A DNA stretch of 63,460 nt, filler included, from Reclinomonas americana ATCC 50394 (Eukaryota): NCBI GenBank assembly GCA_048213135.1. It is 4 parts of 3 records of this genome, joined end to end, with 100 filler letters (N's around TTAATTAATTAA, not from the genome) between each part and the next. Parts side by side here need not be neighbours in the genome. Positions count along the whole stretch, not along the records: positions 17,966 to 49,346 come from PS015314.1; positions 49,447 to 61,494 come from PS015314.1; 2 more parts are not named here. One strand, written 5' to 3'. This document shows positions 41,214 to 55,070 of this stretch, in pieces (within the stretch, counting starts at the first letter, position 1; each line of letters opens with the position of its first letter). Position numbers and translations under genes: made by a program. The notes under the pieces were generated by a model. It ran no database searches and was not told where the DNA came from. It was given only the letters and a program-made list of their open reading frames with translations.

Positions 41214-42834
41214 GTGAGTCCAAGGGAGGCAAAGGGATTGAGGGAGAAGAGGGACAAAGGAGGGGAGATTGTGGCAAAGGGATTGAGGGAGGAGGAGGCA
41301 AAGAGAGAGCGGAGGATAGAGACAGGAACGGGGTGGTACAGGGAATGGGATAGGGGAGGCAAGGGACTGGGAGGCAGAAAACTGAGAGAGCAAAGGCAGG
41401 GAACTTAGGGAACAGAGTCGAGAGGCGGGGGCAGGGAAGAGAGGGAGCAGAGTCAGAAGCAGAGGCAGGAAACTGAGAGACTTCAGAGGCTGGGAGTTGG
41501 AACTGTGTGAAAGCAACAGGGTCACCACCGTCGAGTGTGTCGGTGTCTCTTTTGCAGTTCTCCCTCGCTCGTTTCCATTGCACTTGCTTCATGTCTTCCC
41601 TTCTCCCTCCTCTCTTTGTCTCTTTCCCTCACTCTGTCTTTATCTCTCACTCACTCTGTCTGGATCTCTCTCATTCTCTCACTCTCTGTCTCGCACTCGG
41701 TCTCTCTATCTGACTTTCTCTCGCGTGCGCTCTCTCTGTCTCTCTCTCTCTCTCTCTCTTATTTTATGCCTCCCCTCCTTTTCTCGAATGTCGTTCGCCC
41801 TCAGTCACCTTCACCCGTCTTCTCCCTTGGTCTTCCCCCCTTTCTTTTTCTCTCGGCCTTGCTCCCACGTTGCTCGTTCTCCTCTTGTCTTCCCCGTTGA
41901 TCTTCCCCCTTGGACTTCCCCCGTTTCCTTCCCCCTTTCGTCTTCCCCCTTTCGTCTTCCCCCTTCGTCTTCCCCCATTCTCCTTTCCCCCTTTTCCTTT
42001 CCCCCTTTTCCTTCCTCCCTCTCCCTTCCCCCTCTCCCTTTCCCCTTTCCCTTCCCCGTTTTCCTTCCCCGTTTTCCTTCCCCCTTCTACCTTCCCCCTT
42101 CTCCCTTCCNNNNNNNNNNNNNNNNNNNNTTTGTTACTGTTGCTGCTTCTCCGCACCGCTTTTGAGTACGCTTTGGGTCGTCGACGGGGTGGTGTTCGGA
42201 GAAGTGCGCGGCTCTTCTTTATGGTCATTTTGTGTCTGTTTTTTCTTCCTCTCTTTTTCTGGTATGTGGGTGCTGGCGTGTTGTTGCCGAGACACGGGAA
42301 GGGTGGACTCGTTGTTGAGTGTCTGTTTGTTTTCGCGCCACTGCTGCACGCACGGTTCTGTCATGTCGCCCATCCGCCGCGTTCGTCCTTCCTTTGACAC
42401 GTGTGTCAAAGAGTACAATTGAAGACGACGATGACGGCGGTGGTGGGCGGTGCTGACGGTGACTGTGGTGTGCGGTGGAGGGTGCGGCGACTGGGATGGA
42501 CGGATGACGACTCTGCTGTCGATTTCTGTTTTGTTTCTTGTTTCTGGGGTCAGTGCGGCAACTCGCCACCCTGCGTGTACCTGTGTATGCTGCTGCTGCT
42601 GCTGATGTGTGCGTGAATGTGACTGAGTGTAATCTGAAGCGATCATCACACGGTGTGCGCGTGTAGGCAAAGGGAAAAGGGGAAAGGAGAAGGGGGAGGG
42701 AAAATGGGAAAGGAGAAGGGGGAGGGGAAGGGGGAAGAGAGAAGGAGAAGGTGGAAGAGAAGAAAGAAGGCAAAAGGACGAGGGAAGGGAGAGGAGACAG
42801 AGAACGGAAGGCACTGCAGCAGTGCCATACTTCC

Positions 42835-43330
42835 TCTGAGGCGATCATCACACCGGGTGGCAAAGCGTACATCGTAACACGTGCCCATTCGACTTCTGAA
42901 GCGATCTTCACGCGGGGTGGTAGAGTGTTCTCTACTCCTTCTGAAGAGATCATCACAAGGCTAGAGGCAAGGTGCGCATTGCACCATGTGCCCCTTCTGC
43001 AGCGATCATCACAAAGCGTGGCAGAGTGTGCATTACAACACGTCCCCCGAACTACTATTTTCTAGACTGTGGAGAGATTCCGATGTGCGGTGCGGCGACC
43101 AAGACAAACGCAGTGCTCGATCCACGGCAGCTCCACCGTGTTCTCCCGAGTGTGCATTACAACCCGTCCCCCCAACTACTTAGAAGCGATCATCACACCG
43201 TATTGGCAGAGTGTGCATTGCAACACGTTGCCCAACTACTATTTTCTAAACTGTGGAGAGATTCCGATGTGCGGTGCGGCGACCGAGACGAACGCAGTGC
43301 TCGATCCACGGCAATTCCACCGTGTTCTCC
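42835..43330. repeat. Degenerate 45-60 bp repeats plus a 184-bp-period duplication of the adjacent gene's 3' end
   Basis: tctgaagcgatcatcaca-like motif near 42835, 42895, 42940, 42996 and 43180; 43002-43146 is near-identical to 43186-43330. Confidence 0.8.
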
Positions 43331-46300
43331 TTGCCGTAGGCCTCCTGCTGGCGCATTACCACTCGAATGCTGGTGGACGAGCTGGCTGCGGCATCAACGG
43401 CGCCTCCGTGACTATTGAGGAACGCGAACACTGAGTGCGTGTCGACTTCAACTGACACCATGATAATGACGCAACGCCAAGATGAGACCGCGCAGACGAT
43501 CACGCTGTCCCTTGCTGGCAATGTCGTCGGCGGAAATGATGAAACGCAAGCCCTCCAGCACGCATTCGTTTTCTCCCATCAGCGGTTCCTCCACCACGTC
43601 CTCGTCTTCTTCCTCCTCTTCGTCAGCCTCCTCGACCTTCTTCTTTTCTTCCACCACTCGACGACTTTGCTCGGGAGTGCCGGACGATGACGCAGGTCGC
43701 AGCCGGCGCGACTCGTCGAGCATCTGCAGGCCAGCCGCAAGAGGAATGGTCGGTGGTTTGGGGGCAACCTGTCTTCTTGTATGAGAGGCAACGAGGGTGA
43801 GAGGAGGGCGAAGGAGGGGAGAAAGCGCAACTACGCGACCGAAATCCATGTTGCGAGGCACTGGTATCGGTGCCATGTCAGGCTTGTAGGCGACGTGTGT
43901 GGGCGTTCGTTGGCTTCCCGAAGTCGGCGATACGGATGAGGACTGCGTGGGTGACGAAAAGGAGTGGGTGGGGGAGCAGGAAGAAAGAAAGGGGAAGAAG
44001 AGCGAGACAGGCGAGAACGACGATTGTTTCTCGTTTTTCGACCTCGTCGACCCCTCTTCCTCTCTCAGACGGGCGCAAGATAGAAGGATGAGTGCCCCGC
44101 AGAGAAGGAAGACACAAAGGGAGAGTTCTGTGTTCTCTCACAAAAGAGAGACTTCTCTTTCCTTCTCGCAGAAAGAGAGAGTTCTCATTTCTCTCGCAGA
44201 AACAGAGTTTCAGAGAGAGAAAGTTCTCTGTTTTCTCACAAAGAAAGAAAGCGTTCTCTTTTTTCCTCACAGAAACAGACGTTCTCTTTTCTCTCACAGT
44301 AAGAGAGAGTCCTCCTTCCTTGCAGAACAAGACAGTTCTCACTTCTCTGACAAAACGGCTGCTTTTTTCTCTCGCAGAGAGAGAGAGAGAGCTCTCCGTT
44401 TTCTATCAGAAAGAGAGTTCTCCTTTCTCCATAGGTGCAGAGAGATGACTTTTCTCTCACACAAAAAGAGTTCTCGTTTCTCTCGCAGCAAGAAAGAGTT
44501 TTTTCCTCTCTCACAGCAAGAAAGAGTTCTTTCCTCTCTCACATGAAAAGACAGTTAGTTCTCTGTTCTCTCGAAGAAAGGGACAGTTCTCTATTCTCTC
44601 GCAGAAACAGAGAGATCTCTTATCACACAATGAGAAACAAAATGGGGTGGAGTGAAACTTACCGATCCAGATCCACCAGATCCATCGCCAGGCTGCGTCA
44701 GAGATGACCGCTGGTGAGACAACAATCAGAAGCAGCGGATGCAGCAGAGGACACGCAACCTTGTAGTAGTAAATGTACGTGGGAACACCGCGTGCCACCA
44801 GCATTTTCTTCACCAGCTTCTCGTAGCGGTACCACACGTCGAGCGGAACTCCACGACCGCCGATGCGTGGCATGTGCAACGAGGCTGCACACGAAAGAAG
44901 TGAGACACTCGCGAAAGCAGGGAGAGTGCATGACAAGTACACCAACCTCCCGTCGTCTGCGCGTGCTGCAGCACACGATCAAAGGCCTTGGAGAGAGCGC
45001 GCTCATCAATGGGACCATTCTGTCGCTGCGTGGCGTCCCATCGCTGTACAATGAGCAGGATCACGTGCACGGTCGACGATACGACACAGAGGTGCGCGTC
45101 GCCGAGGTGCAGATCGTTGTTGGCCGCACTGTCGCGGTACGTCTGCGCAATGGTGGGCGACAGGTCGCCAATGGTGCGGTTGAGGGCGAAGTTGCCCCAG
45201 TTGCCCGAGTCGTTCAGGAAGCTGTGAGGAGAAGAAGAGAATAAGGGGAGAGAAGGGGGAAGGGAAAGAGAGGAGAAGAGGGGGAGGAGAGGAACGAGGA
45301 GAAAGAACNNNNNNNNNNNNNNNNNNNNNNNNNNNNNNNNNNNNNNNNNNNNNNNNNNNNNNNNNNNNNNNNNNNNNNNNNNNNNNNNNNNNNNNNNNNN
45401 NNNNNNNNNNNNNNNNNNNNNNNNNNNNNNNNNNNNNNNNNNNNNNNNNNNNGGAAGGGAAAGGAGGAGAGGGAGAAGAAGAAGAACAAGGATAACAATG
45501 AGAACAATTACAACACCAACAACAACAAGATGGCATCGATGACGATGACGATGATACAGAAGAAGAAGATGGATTTTGTAGGAAGAGGTAGACGAACAAA
45601 AGGAGGCGGAGGAGGAGGAACAAGAAGGGGAAGCAGAAGAACAGGAAAAGGAGATGCAGAATGATGGGGGAAGGCGGAGCAGAAGGAGAAGCAGAAGCAG
45701 GTGAATATGGAGAAGGAGATGCAGAAGTATCTGATGGGCAAGTGGGAGCAAGAGAAGAATGGAGAAGAAGAAGAAGAGGGTTGATTCGCAACTGCAGAAT
45801 ACACATGACGGACTGCTGATGCTCTGGGAGGGCACACGTCTGCGGCTGTGACACATCGCCCATCACATAGTTGATGGCGGCATCGTCGTCGCCTGCTGCC
45901 AGACCGATGCTGCTGGCTGGTCTCGGCGGCAGATTGCGTGACCGATAACCACTGCTGCTGCCACTGCCACTGCCAGACGCTGCCGAAGCCGGGCTGGATC
46001 GCGGAGGGGGCATTGTGTCTGCAGTCTTTGTGCGCTTCACCTGCTCACGCTGCGTTGAGAAACGATCTTACGACTCGACAAAGAGTGATAAATAAAGCGC
46101 ACCACTGGTGAACCAGCGCCCAGGTCACTTACAGACTCGGCAATGCGCGAGCTCGCCTCGATGGCGGCCGCCCGCGGACGCTTGACGCCCGCCGTGGAAG
46201 GAGATGCTGCCGCAGTCGATGCACGTTTTCCATGGCCTTCTTCATCGTCAGTATCCAGCAGTGACGCACTCCGCGCAGCCTCGGTGCCCATAACGTCGGA

Positions 46301-47920
46301 GACGAGCCTCTTGAAGGCGAACTCGTCGGCCTGCTGCTTGCGGGGCGTGTAGTCGCGGCCCTCAAACTTGCGCACACTGGGTCGACTGGCGCGCGGTGCG
46401 GCGTCGGCCGCTGCGGCTGCGGCTGCCGACTGGCGCTTCACTCGCTGCACCTCGGCCAGCGTGTTGACGGGCGCGGTGAGGGCGTGGAAGGCCACACTCA
46501 GTGATGCGGAGGGGGCTTCTGCTTCGTCGCCGGCGGTGTCCACGTCGACAGTGTCGTCGTCGTCGCCGTCCACGTCCATGCGAGAATCAACGGGGAGCTG
46601 CACCACAGGCAAAGTGAGTGAAGGGAAAGGGAGAAGGAGGGAAAGGGTGGGAAAAGGGGGGAAGAGATATATGGAGAAAGTGAGGGAGAGGAAGGGAAAG
46701 GGAAAGGGAGGAGGGAAGGCAGACGTAGAGATAGAGACAGACAGACAGCGAAAAAGGCAGAGACAGACAGACAGACAACGACAAAGGCACAGCAAGAGGC
46801 ACAACGAGAGGCACAGCAAGATGCACAACGAGAGGCAGATTAAGATCAAGAGAGGCAGAGCAAGAGGCAGAGTAAGACACACGGCAAGAGGCACAACGAG
46901 AGGCACGGCAAGAGGCAGAGCAAGAGGCACAGCAAGAGGCACAGCTATGTGCACAGCAAGCGACAGATCAAGAGAGGCAGGGCAAGAAGATGAGAAAGAG
47001 GCACAGCAATGAGGCACATCAAGAGGCAATCAAGATGCACAATGAGAGGCACAGCAATAGGCACAGCAAGAGGCACAGCGAGATGCACAGCAAGAGGTAC
47101 AGCAAGAAGCACAGCATGAGGCACAGCAAGATGCACAACCAACATGAGGCAGAGTCAGAGGCAGAGCAAGAGGCACAGCAAGGTGCCCAGCAAGCGACAG
47201 ATCAAGAAGCAGAGAGGCACAGCAAGAGGCAAAGCACGAGGCAGAGACAAAGGCAGAGCAAGAGGCACAGCATGAGGCAGAGACAAAGGCAGACAAGCAG
47301 GGGCAGAGGTGCAGTGAGAGGTCTGTCTCTATCGCTCCCTCTGTCTCTCCCTGTACTTCTGCAGATTCCTCTTCCTCGGTCTCCAACTCTGTCTCCCCCC
47401 TCTCTCTCTCTCTCTGTGTCTTGAGAGAGAGAGAGAGAGTGATAAAAGCGTGCAGAGGAAGACACACACAACATCTCTTCCTTCTCTCTCTCTCTCTCTC
47501 CCTTCCTCTCCCTCTCTCTTCATCCCACCCACCGTGGCCTCCACTGTGAGCTGCAACGACCCATTGCTTGCCGCCGCTGTCTCGTTCCACTTGTCGGGAT
47601 TCATGGCCAGAATGGCATCAATGTCGCGGTCGACGGTGGAAAAGTCGGTTTCCTCTTCCTCCTCTTCCTCGCCGTCGACACCCATGCCATCGCCATCGTC
47701 ACCGCCCTCTGTGATGTTGTCAGCTATCGCGATCCTCATTGCTGCCTGTGTGCGTCTCTCTTACCCTTCTTGCGTGCACTGCCGAGAATGGCGTCGAGAC
47801 CGTACTTTATCATCTTGGCCAGCTCCTTGGAGTCGGGAGTCATGTCGTTGAAGCCGCCGGCCTCGATGACGTTTTGTGCCAGGCGCATTTTGCGGCCGGC
47901 GCGGTCCAGGATGATCTCAT
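43246..47920 (-). CDS. CHD1L: ALC1/CHD1L-like SNF2 remodeller, C-terminal part: helicase end, linker, macrodomain and BRCT; 5' part missing
   Basis: DEIILDRAGRKMRLAQNVIEAGGF, MIKYGL, FEGRDY, macrodomain YVMGDVSQP...HFLNDSGNWG...DLHLG...SLHMPRIG...GVPTYIYYY; BRCT-like VLEGLRFIIS...LILAHGGAV...VELPWIEHC. Confidence 0.85.
46786..47300. repeat. 12-bp minisatellite (aggcacagcaag consensus), intronic
   Basis: Dozens of degenerate copies. Confidence 0.85.
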
Positions 47921-48199
47921 CTGAAGTAGGGAAAGGGAGAGGGAAAAGGGGGGAAGGGGGGAGAAGGGAAATGGGAGGCAAGGTGAGCAAGAAGAATGAG
48001 CGAAGGTGATAGAGACAAGCGCACAAAGACTGGAAACGAATACGGAAGATGATGGCACGGCAACATACATCGACAAGAGAGACAACAACAGAGAGAGAGA
48101 GAGGGAGCTGAATAGAAGAAGAGCGAAAGAGAAATGAGAGCAAGAATGAGACAGCGAGCACGAACGAGTGCGCTCGGAAGGGAGACACAGATAACTCAG

Positions 48200-49080
48200 C
48201 GTAAACACTGAGAGACTCAAACGAGCAAGAAAGGAAACAATCAAACAGAGGAGGCAAGGAGAGAAGCGAAGAATGGGAGACTGAGCGCACGAGAAACGGG
48301 AATCAGCGAGACAACTCTCAGCGCACGCAGTGAGAGACTGCAAACGAGCAGGAAAGGAAACAATCAATACAGAGGAGGTCTCTAACGAACGAGGAGAGAT
48401 GAGAAGAGTGGACAACTGAGCGCACGAGAAACGGGAATCAGCGAGACGACTCTCAGTGCAAACAGTGAGAGACTGCAAACGAGCAAGACACGAAACAATC
48501 AAACAGAGGACGTCTCGAGCGAGCGAGGGGAGACGAAAAGAGTGAACAAGTGAGCGCATTCAGAGGGAAATCAGCGAGACGACTCTCAGTGCAAACAGCG
48601 AGAGACTGCAAGCGAGCAAGAAAAGAAACAATCAAACAGAGGGATTCTGGAACGACTGAGGAGAGATGAGAAGAGCGGACAACTGAGCGCACGAGAAACG
48701 GGAATCGGCGAGACAACTCTCAGTGCACGCAGTGCGAGACTGCAAATGAGCCAGAAAGGAACAATCAAACAGAGGAGGCCAGGAGAGAAGCGAAGAAGGA
48801 GAGACTGAGCGCATTCAGAAGGAAATCAGCGCGACGACTCTCGTGAGAAACTGCAAAAAAGCAAGAAAGGAAACAAACAATCAAACAGAGGGATTCTCGA
48901 ACGAGCGAGGAGATGAGAAGAGTAGACAATTGAGCGCAAGAGATGGGAATCAGCGCGCGCAGCGAGAGACTGCAATGGAATGAGAACCGATGGTATGAAC
49001 AGCCAAAGAGTGGACGACTTAAAATGAGTGTGTAGAGATGAGAAGAGTGGACACTTGAGAGCACCGAGAACAGCTATCAC
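48200..49080. repeat. Degenerate tandem repeats of about 110-135 bp, probably intronic
   Basis: Recurring actgagcgcacgagaaacgggaatcagcgagac and gaaacaatcaaacagagg. Confidence 0.8.
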
Positions 49081-49164
49081 GAAGAACAGCGACAATGCTC
49101 AATGCAATTAGTATGGTACTGCCACGGAGCAAGAACTGACGACATGGAGGAGACAACAGATATA

Positions 49165-49216
<52 letters not shown>

Positions 49217-49390
49217 GTGACGACGAAAGTAACGAAGTAGTTGACGAACGCGACTAACTTCCTTTCCTACCAACCAAGTCGGACCGACCGGACAACGAAC
49301 CTAACCTAACGTTAGGAACGGACCGGCCGGACCGGTCCGTTCGGTCNNNNNNNNNNNNNNNNNNNNNNNNNNNNNNNNNNNNNNNNNNNN

Positions 49391-49402
49391 TTAATTAATT
49401 AA
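49391..49402. other. Artificial contig linker
   Basis: TTAATTAATTAA between N runs. Confidence 0.95.
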
Positions 49403-49532
49403 NNNNNNNNNNNNNNNNNNNNNNNNNNNNNNNNNNNNNNNNNNNNTTCCTACGCCGTACCCTTCCTCCCCCCCCCCCCCCCCCTCCCCTCTCTCTCTTG
49501 CTCTCTTTCTCACACATTCCCACCCCATACAG

Positions 49533-50304
49533 TCGGATGTGTCTCCGATGACGGTTCGTAGTGGTGGCAGGTGTTGTTGTTGCTGACACCTGCCTGCGCA
49601 CTCACTCGCGCCCATCTTGTTTGTCACAGATTTCGTTCGCGCAAGTCGCGTTGACGAATGTCACCATGTCGGAGAACCACATTACCGTCACACAGCCGCT
49701 GGTCATGCCCACAAACAACTCAACATTGGTAATATACGGCGCTGCACTTGGCGTTGTTCAGGTGTGTTTCAACTGGTCTCAGTGCCTCTCTGTTCTCGGC
49801 TCTCATGTTTCTGCCGTGCTCCTCCATGCAGAACATGTTTTACACAAGCCCGCAGTTCACTGTCCAATTGCTCGTGATGGGCGCGTCCCAGTTCGTCGAT
49901 AACGTGATCTCCGTAGTATGCACCCAGTATGTGCTGTTTATCGGAGGTTCGTGATGCACATACTCGGATGTCTCACATCTCGCTCTCCCTTTGCCTCATG
50001 TCGCAGTCTCTTCCACTCCCTTACTTAATCTCCGTTGTTTTTCTTCTACATTCTCTCTCCAATCTCTCTCTCACACACCAGTCTTCCCTTCGTCTCTCTC
50101 CTTTGCCTCTCCTATTCTCTTTCAATTCTCCTCCTATTCCTGTCTTGCCCTTGCTCTTCACCCGTCCTCCTCACTTTTCCTCACACTTTCTCTCTCCCAA
50201 TCTCTCTCCTTTGCTTGCTTCCCCCCTCCCTCCCTCCCTTTCTTTCTCACCCGTTTCTCTCCCCGTTTCTCTAACTCCCTTCTCTCCATCTCTCCTCTCT
50301 CTCT

Positions 50305-50373
<69 letters not shown>

Positions 50374-53187
50374 ACTTTCTCTTACTTTCCCCGTCACAAC
50401 TTTTCTCCGTCTTTGCAGGGGCGGCCATCTCCACCATGCAATCTATAGCCTCGCCAGTGATGCAAGCGGTGACTACCAGCATGAGCATCACCGGCGCTGT
50501 GTTCGAGCGCAACATTGTCAACGTGCTGCACTACATCAGCGTGATATCCGCAATGTGCGTATTGCTTGATTGCGCGTGCCACCATTTCATGCTCAACTCA
50601 CTCGCTTGTTCTTCTCGTTGTCCAGCTTCTACGGTCCGGTTCTGGAGGTGGTGGGCGGCGGTGCCATTTCCATCTACAATTCGTATGCCGTCACCACAAC
50701 CGCCGTCTTCCAGTCCTGCACTTTCAGTCACAACTCGGTGCAGTATGTGGCTGCAGTGCTTCCGGCAATCACGGGGATGCAGAACGGTGGCCCTGAAGCG
50801 CTGATTGTGGGCGGAGGCTCGTTCTCGTTCTACTCCGCACAAAGTTACCCGACGGCGCCGTTGGTCGCTGTGGAGCCGTCTGTGCTGAACATCGACGCCA
50901 CAACATTTACCGGGGACTCGGTGTCCGTGTCGTCTGCTGGCCTATTTGGGCATTTGAATCTCCTGTCCAATTTGGTGGTGGGCGGAGGCAGTGTGTTGGC
51001 ACCGTTCATGGCAACTGGCAGTTTCCAGACAAGCCTGCAGAGTTCTCTGACCAATGTGACAGCCACCGGAGGACTGGTGTCGATCACCTCCATGTTCGCG
51101 AGTTCACTTGTGGCTGGAGGCGGCTTCCTGTTCTTTGACGGCCAGGCGACGACATTGTCGGCCACACTCACTGGATGCACCATCAGCAACATGTCGACAA
51201 ACATACGCACCGCTAACATTGGTAACGAATCATTCGACGCTCTATTGTGTTGCAAAGATGAAAGACTCATGTCTGACTGGTTTGCCTGCAGGTTTCATGG
51301 ACCTGAGCGGCGCGGTGTCAGCGTTTGGTACTGTGCCGGGCTTGGGCGCAGAGTATGTCTCCGGGTCACGTCGCTTGACTGTGCAGTCGAGTGCGTTCAG
51401 CGGTTGCTCGTTGTGGGCGACCAACATGACCAATTCGGCTGGCCTCGAAGGGACTGTATTTTCTTATCCAGTCATACGGGTCGCCGGCGAGTGCTCTTTG
51501 TGCGCACATCTGTTTCATCACATGCTCTTCTGACCAGTGTGTGTACAGGGGCGGCAATCAGCAACATCTACTACGAGTATAAGATTTCGGTTATCGAAGT
51601 TGACGTGTGGAACACCGTAATCACGGACTCGCTGGTGATGGCCATCAACATTACCATGGTACCGGCGGGTGTTTTTACGATCGGTACGTCCGTCCCCCGT
51701 TCGGATCATGCAGTTGTGCTGCTGACCCTGTTTGGCTGCTGGTTTCTCAGGTGGATCCGTCTATTCTGTGCGAAACGCTTGAGTCCAGTCATGATCGTGA
51801 ATATTTCTGTTGATAACCCTTTCCATGTGTGTGCGCTCAGGGAGCCAATTCTGCTGCTGGTGGAACTCAGCCTTCCATAAGCACCATCCTCAGCGTGTTG
51901 TCGTCCAATTTTCAGCGCAACAATGTGACTGCCATTGGTGTCATCATTGGCACTCCCACGTTTCGCTGTCGAGAATCTCTTGTCCAGATTGTTTTAATGC
52001 GTCTTACTTGCCGTCTCCGTGCAGTTCCAGCGCCTATTCCCCTTCACAAGTGCCGGTTGTTCCTCGGCTGTTTATTGGTGGTTCCGGTGAATCACTCTGT
52101 CCCACGCACTGGTTGGCGCGCGCTCTCTCTCTCTCTCTCTCAACACTCACCCTCCTCAACACAACTCAGCGATCATGGGTTTGGGCTTCGCCGGTGTTAC
52201 TCCGGGCAGGTCTGAGCCAGTTCATTTCTGTGTATCTGTGAGCCGCTCAAGCCGCTGACCTGTGCTACTGTGCAGCTTTTTCTCCTCGCCATTGACGACA
52301 TACCAGATGACGATGAACAACTCGACCCTGACGAATAACAATGTCGAGGTCGTTCTCCTTCTCTCCACAAACTCGTTCGATGGAATCCTCCCCACTGTAT
52401 TTATTGGCGGTGCCAAGTTCAGCTTGCATGTATTTAATCCACCACGTCCCTGTCTCCGCTGTCTGCTCATCAGCTCCACCTTAATCTTACAGTATTGCAT
52501 CGTCGGTGGGCGAGAACTGCGGTCTCAACTCGACAGTCACCGTGCAAAATTCTCAGTTTTTCAACAATCGTGTGAAAGGTGTGCGACTGTGTATGATTGT
52601 CTTGCATGACTGCCCTTGTTGTCTCATTTCTTTCATTACTACAGTTCACAATGCCACTGGTGCGCCATCACTGCACAGTGTTGTAGTGTGCGTTCGCTTT
52701 TTTTGATTGATTCTCTTCACGTATATCGCAGTATGGGGTTCCATGGCTGTCGGTGGTGGTGCGTTTGCGTCCACCTATCTTACGCCGTACCAAAGTGGCA
52801 TGGTGCAGTCGACGGCTTTGAACACGATCTCGGTGACCTCCACTTCCTTCATGCGCAACTCTGTGGAGGTGATTTTGATGCGGGTCGTGTTCTTAATGGT
52901 ACTCGAGCACCTGTTGATTCAAATCTACACAATCTAGGTCGGGTTCATTAATTCGGCGGACTGTGCGTTCGGTGGTGGTGAGTACAAGACCCACTCCTGC
53001 AGCCGGTCCTTACCCTCCTCCGTCATCACCTCACGCGTGCGCTGCTACAGGCGCTGCTTTCATGGCGGCCAACTCCACAGGCATAGTGCAGTCGGCGTTG
53101 AGCGTGACTCTAACCGACGTCTCTGCGGCATATAATTCTGTGAACTTGAGCGCGCTGTATCCGGTGCTGCGAAATACAACGCTCTCT

Positions 53188-53188
<1 letters not shown>
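49533..53188 (+). CDS. Large extracellular Ser/Thr/Asn-rich protein, probable right-handed beta-helix (GGA(I/F) and FxxN motifs); partial
   Basis: Many short exons with repeated VGGGAISI, CTFSHNSV, VGGGSFSF, SNFQRNNV, SQFFNNRV and GGGAFAS. Confidence 0.7.
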
Positions 53189-53277
<89 letters not shown>

Positions 53278-54206
53278 TGTGTGTGTGTGTGTGTGTGTGT
53301 AGTGTGTGTGTNNNNNNNNNNNNNNNNNNNNNNNNNNNNNNNNNNNNNNNNNNNNNNNNNNNNNNNNNNNNNNNNNNNNNNNNNNNNNNNNNNNNNNNNN
53401 NNNNNNNNNNNNNNNNNNNNNNNNNNNNNNNNNNNNNNNNNNNNNNNNNNNNNNNNNNNNNNNNNNNNNNNNNNNNNNNNNNNNNNNNNNNNNNNNNNNN
53501 NNNNNNNNNNNNNNNNNNNNNNNNNNNNNNNNNNNNNNNNNNNNNNNNNNNNNNNNNNNNNNNNNNNNNNNNNNNNNNNNNNNNNNNNNNNNNNNNNNNN
53601 NNNNNNNNNNNNNNNNNNNNNNNNNNNNNNNNNNNNNNNNNNNNNNNNNNNNNNNNNNNNNNNNNNNNNNNNNNNNNNNNNNNNNNNNNNNNNNNNNNNN
53701 NNNNNNNNNNNNNNNNNNNNNNNNNNNNNNNNNNNNNNNNNNNNNNNNNNNNNNNNNNNNNNNNNNNNNNNNNNNNNNNNNNNNNNNNNNNNNNNAAGGG
53801 GGAAGGGGAAAGAGGAAAGGGGGAAGGGGGAGGAGGAAAGGGGAAGGGGGAAGGGAGAAAGGGGAGGAGCGGAAGTAGAATAGGAAGCAAAGAAGGGCGA
53901 GAGAAGAGAGGGGAGGAGAATAAACTAGAATGCGAAAAAACGGGGAGAAAAAGGAAACATGAAGAACACGAAGAAAAGAAGATCTAGACGTGAAAGAGTT
54001 GCAGAAAAAGGAAGGGGAAGAGAGGAGGGGAATACAACGGAGGAGGTGAACGAGCGAGCAAGCGAGCGAGCGAGAAGAAAGAAAACCAGCAAGAGTAGAC
54101 TGGCTAAACGAAAACGCCCTCCGCAGACGGCGAAGCATGAAGAAACGCTCACATGCGCGCAACCCACAAAGTCTCTCTCCTTTCCCCACACCACACGCAA
54201 CTTGCC

Positions 54207-54842
54207 ACACAGATAGTACATGCCCGGCGACGCCAGCGTGCACGATCCAGTTGCCGTTGCATCGAGAGCACCCTGCGCAAACGCGGAGCCAGTGGCCACC
54301 GAAAAGTCAACATGCAGGCCATCCGGATCGCTGCCCTGCAGAGTGACGCTCGAGTTCGCCGCCGGCGATCCGCTGCAGTCCGCGGCCGAGTACAGACCAA
54401 ACGAGCCACCAGCACCCAACTCACGATTGGCAAAGTGCTCACCGACAACCGTCAGGTGGAAGTCGGCGATGCCGTTCACCAACTGCGGCGACTTGCTCTG
54501 CTCGCCGAGCGTGTCTGCGTGGACTAGAGTGAGATAGAGGAAAAAGGGGAGAGGGATAGAGAGGGAGAAGGGCGAGAAGAGGGAAGACGGAGAGTGAAAG
54601 GAAAAGGGAATGGGAGAGGGAAGAGGAAGGAAGGAGAAGGGGAAAGGGAAAGAGAAGGAGACATAACAGAAGAGGACGAGAACGGCATGAATCAGTGGTT
54701 CACACGCGGAGACTGAGTGAGTGAGTAAGTGTGTGTGTGTAAGAGAGAAGGAAGAGATCAAGGGAGATCACGGCCGCGAGAGACGTGCAGTGAACAGAGA
54801 GGGAAGACTATTGAGAAAACAAGCAAAAAAGCAAGCGAGTGA

Positions 54843-54873
<31 letters not shown>

Positions 54874-55036
54874 CAGGGTGGAACCTTCGAGAGTGATCTT
54901 GAGNNNNNNNNNNNNNNNNNNNNNNNNNNNNNNNNNNNNNNNNNNNNNNNNNNNNNNNNNNNNNNNNNNNNNNNNNNNNNNNNNNNNNNNNNNNNNNNNN
55001 NNNNNNNNNNNNNNNNNNNNNNNNNNNNNNNNNNNN

Positions 55037-55070
<34 letters not shown>

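Noticed and set aside
42633..43200. Recurring tctgaagcgatcatcaca motif with variable spacing, CRISPR-like at first sight
   Set aside because: The intervening sequences are homologous to each other, the repeats are degenerate, the context is eukaryotic and there are no cas genes; it is a minisatellite.
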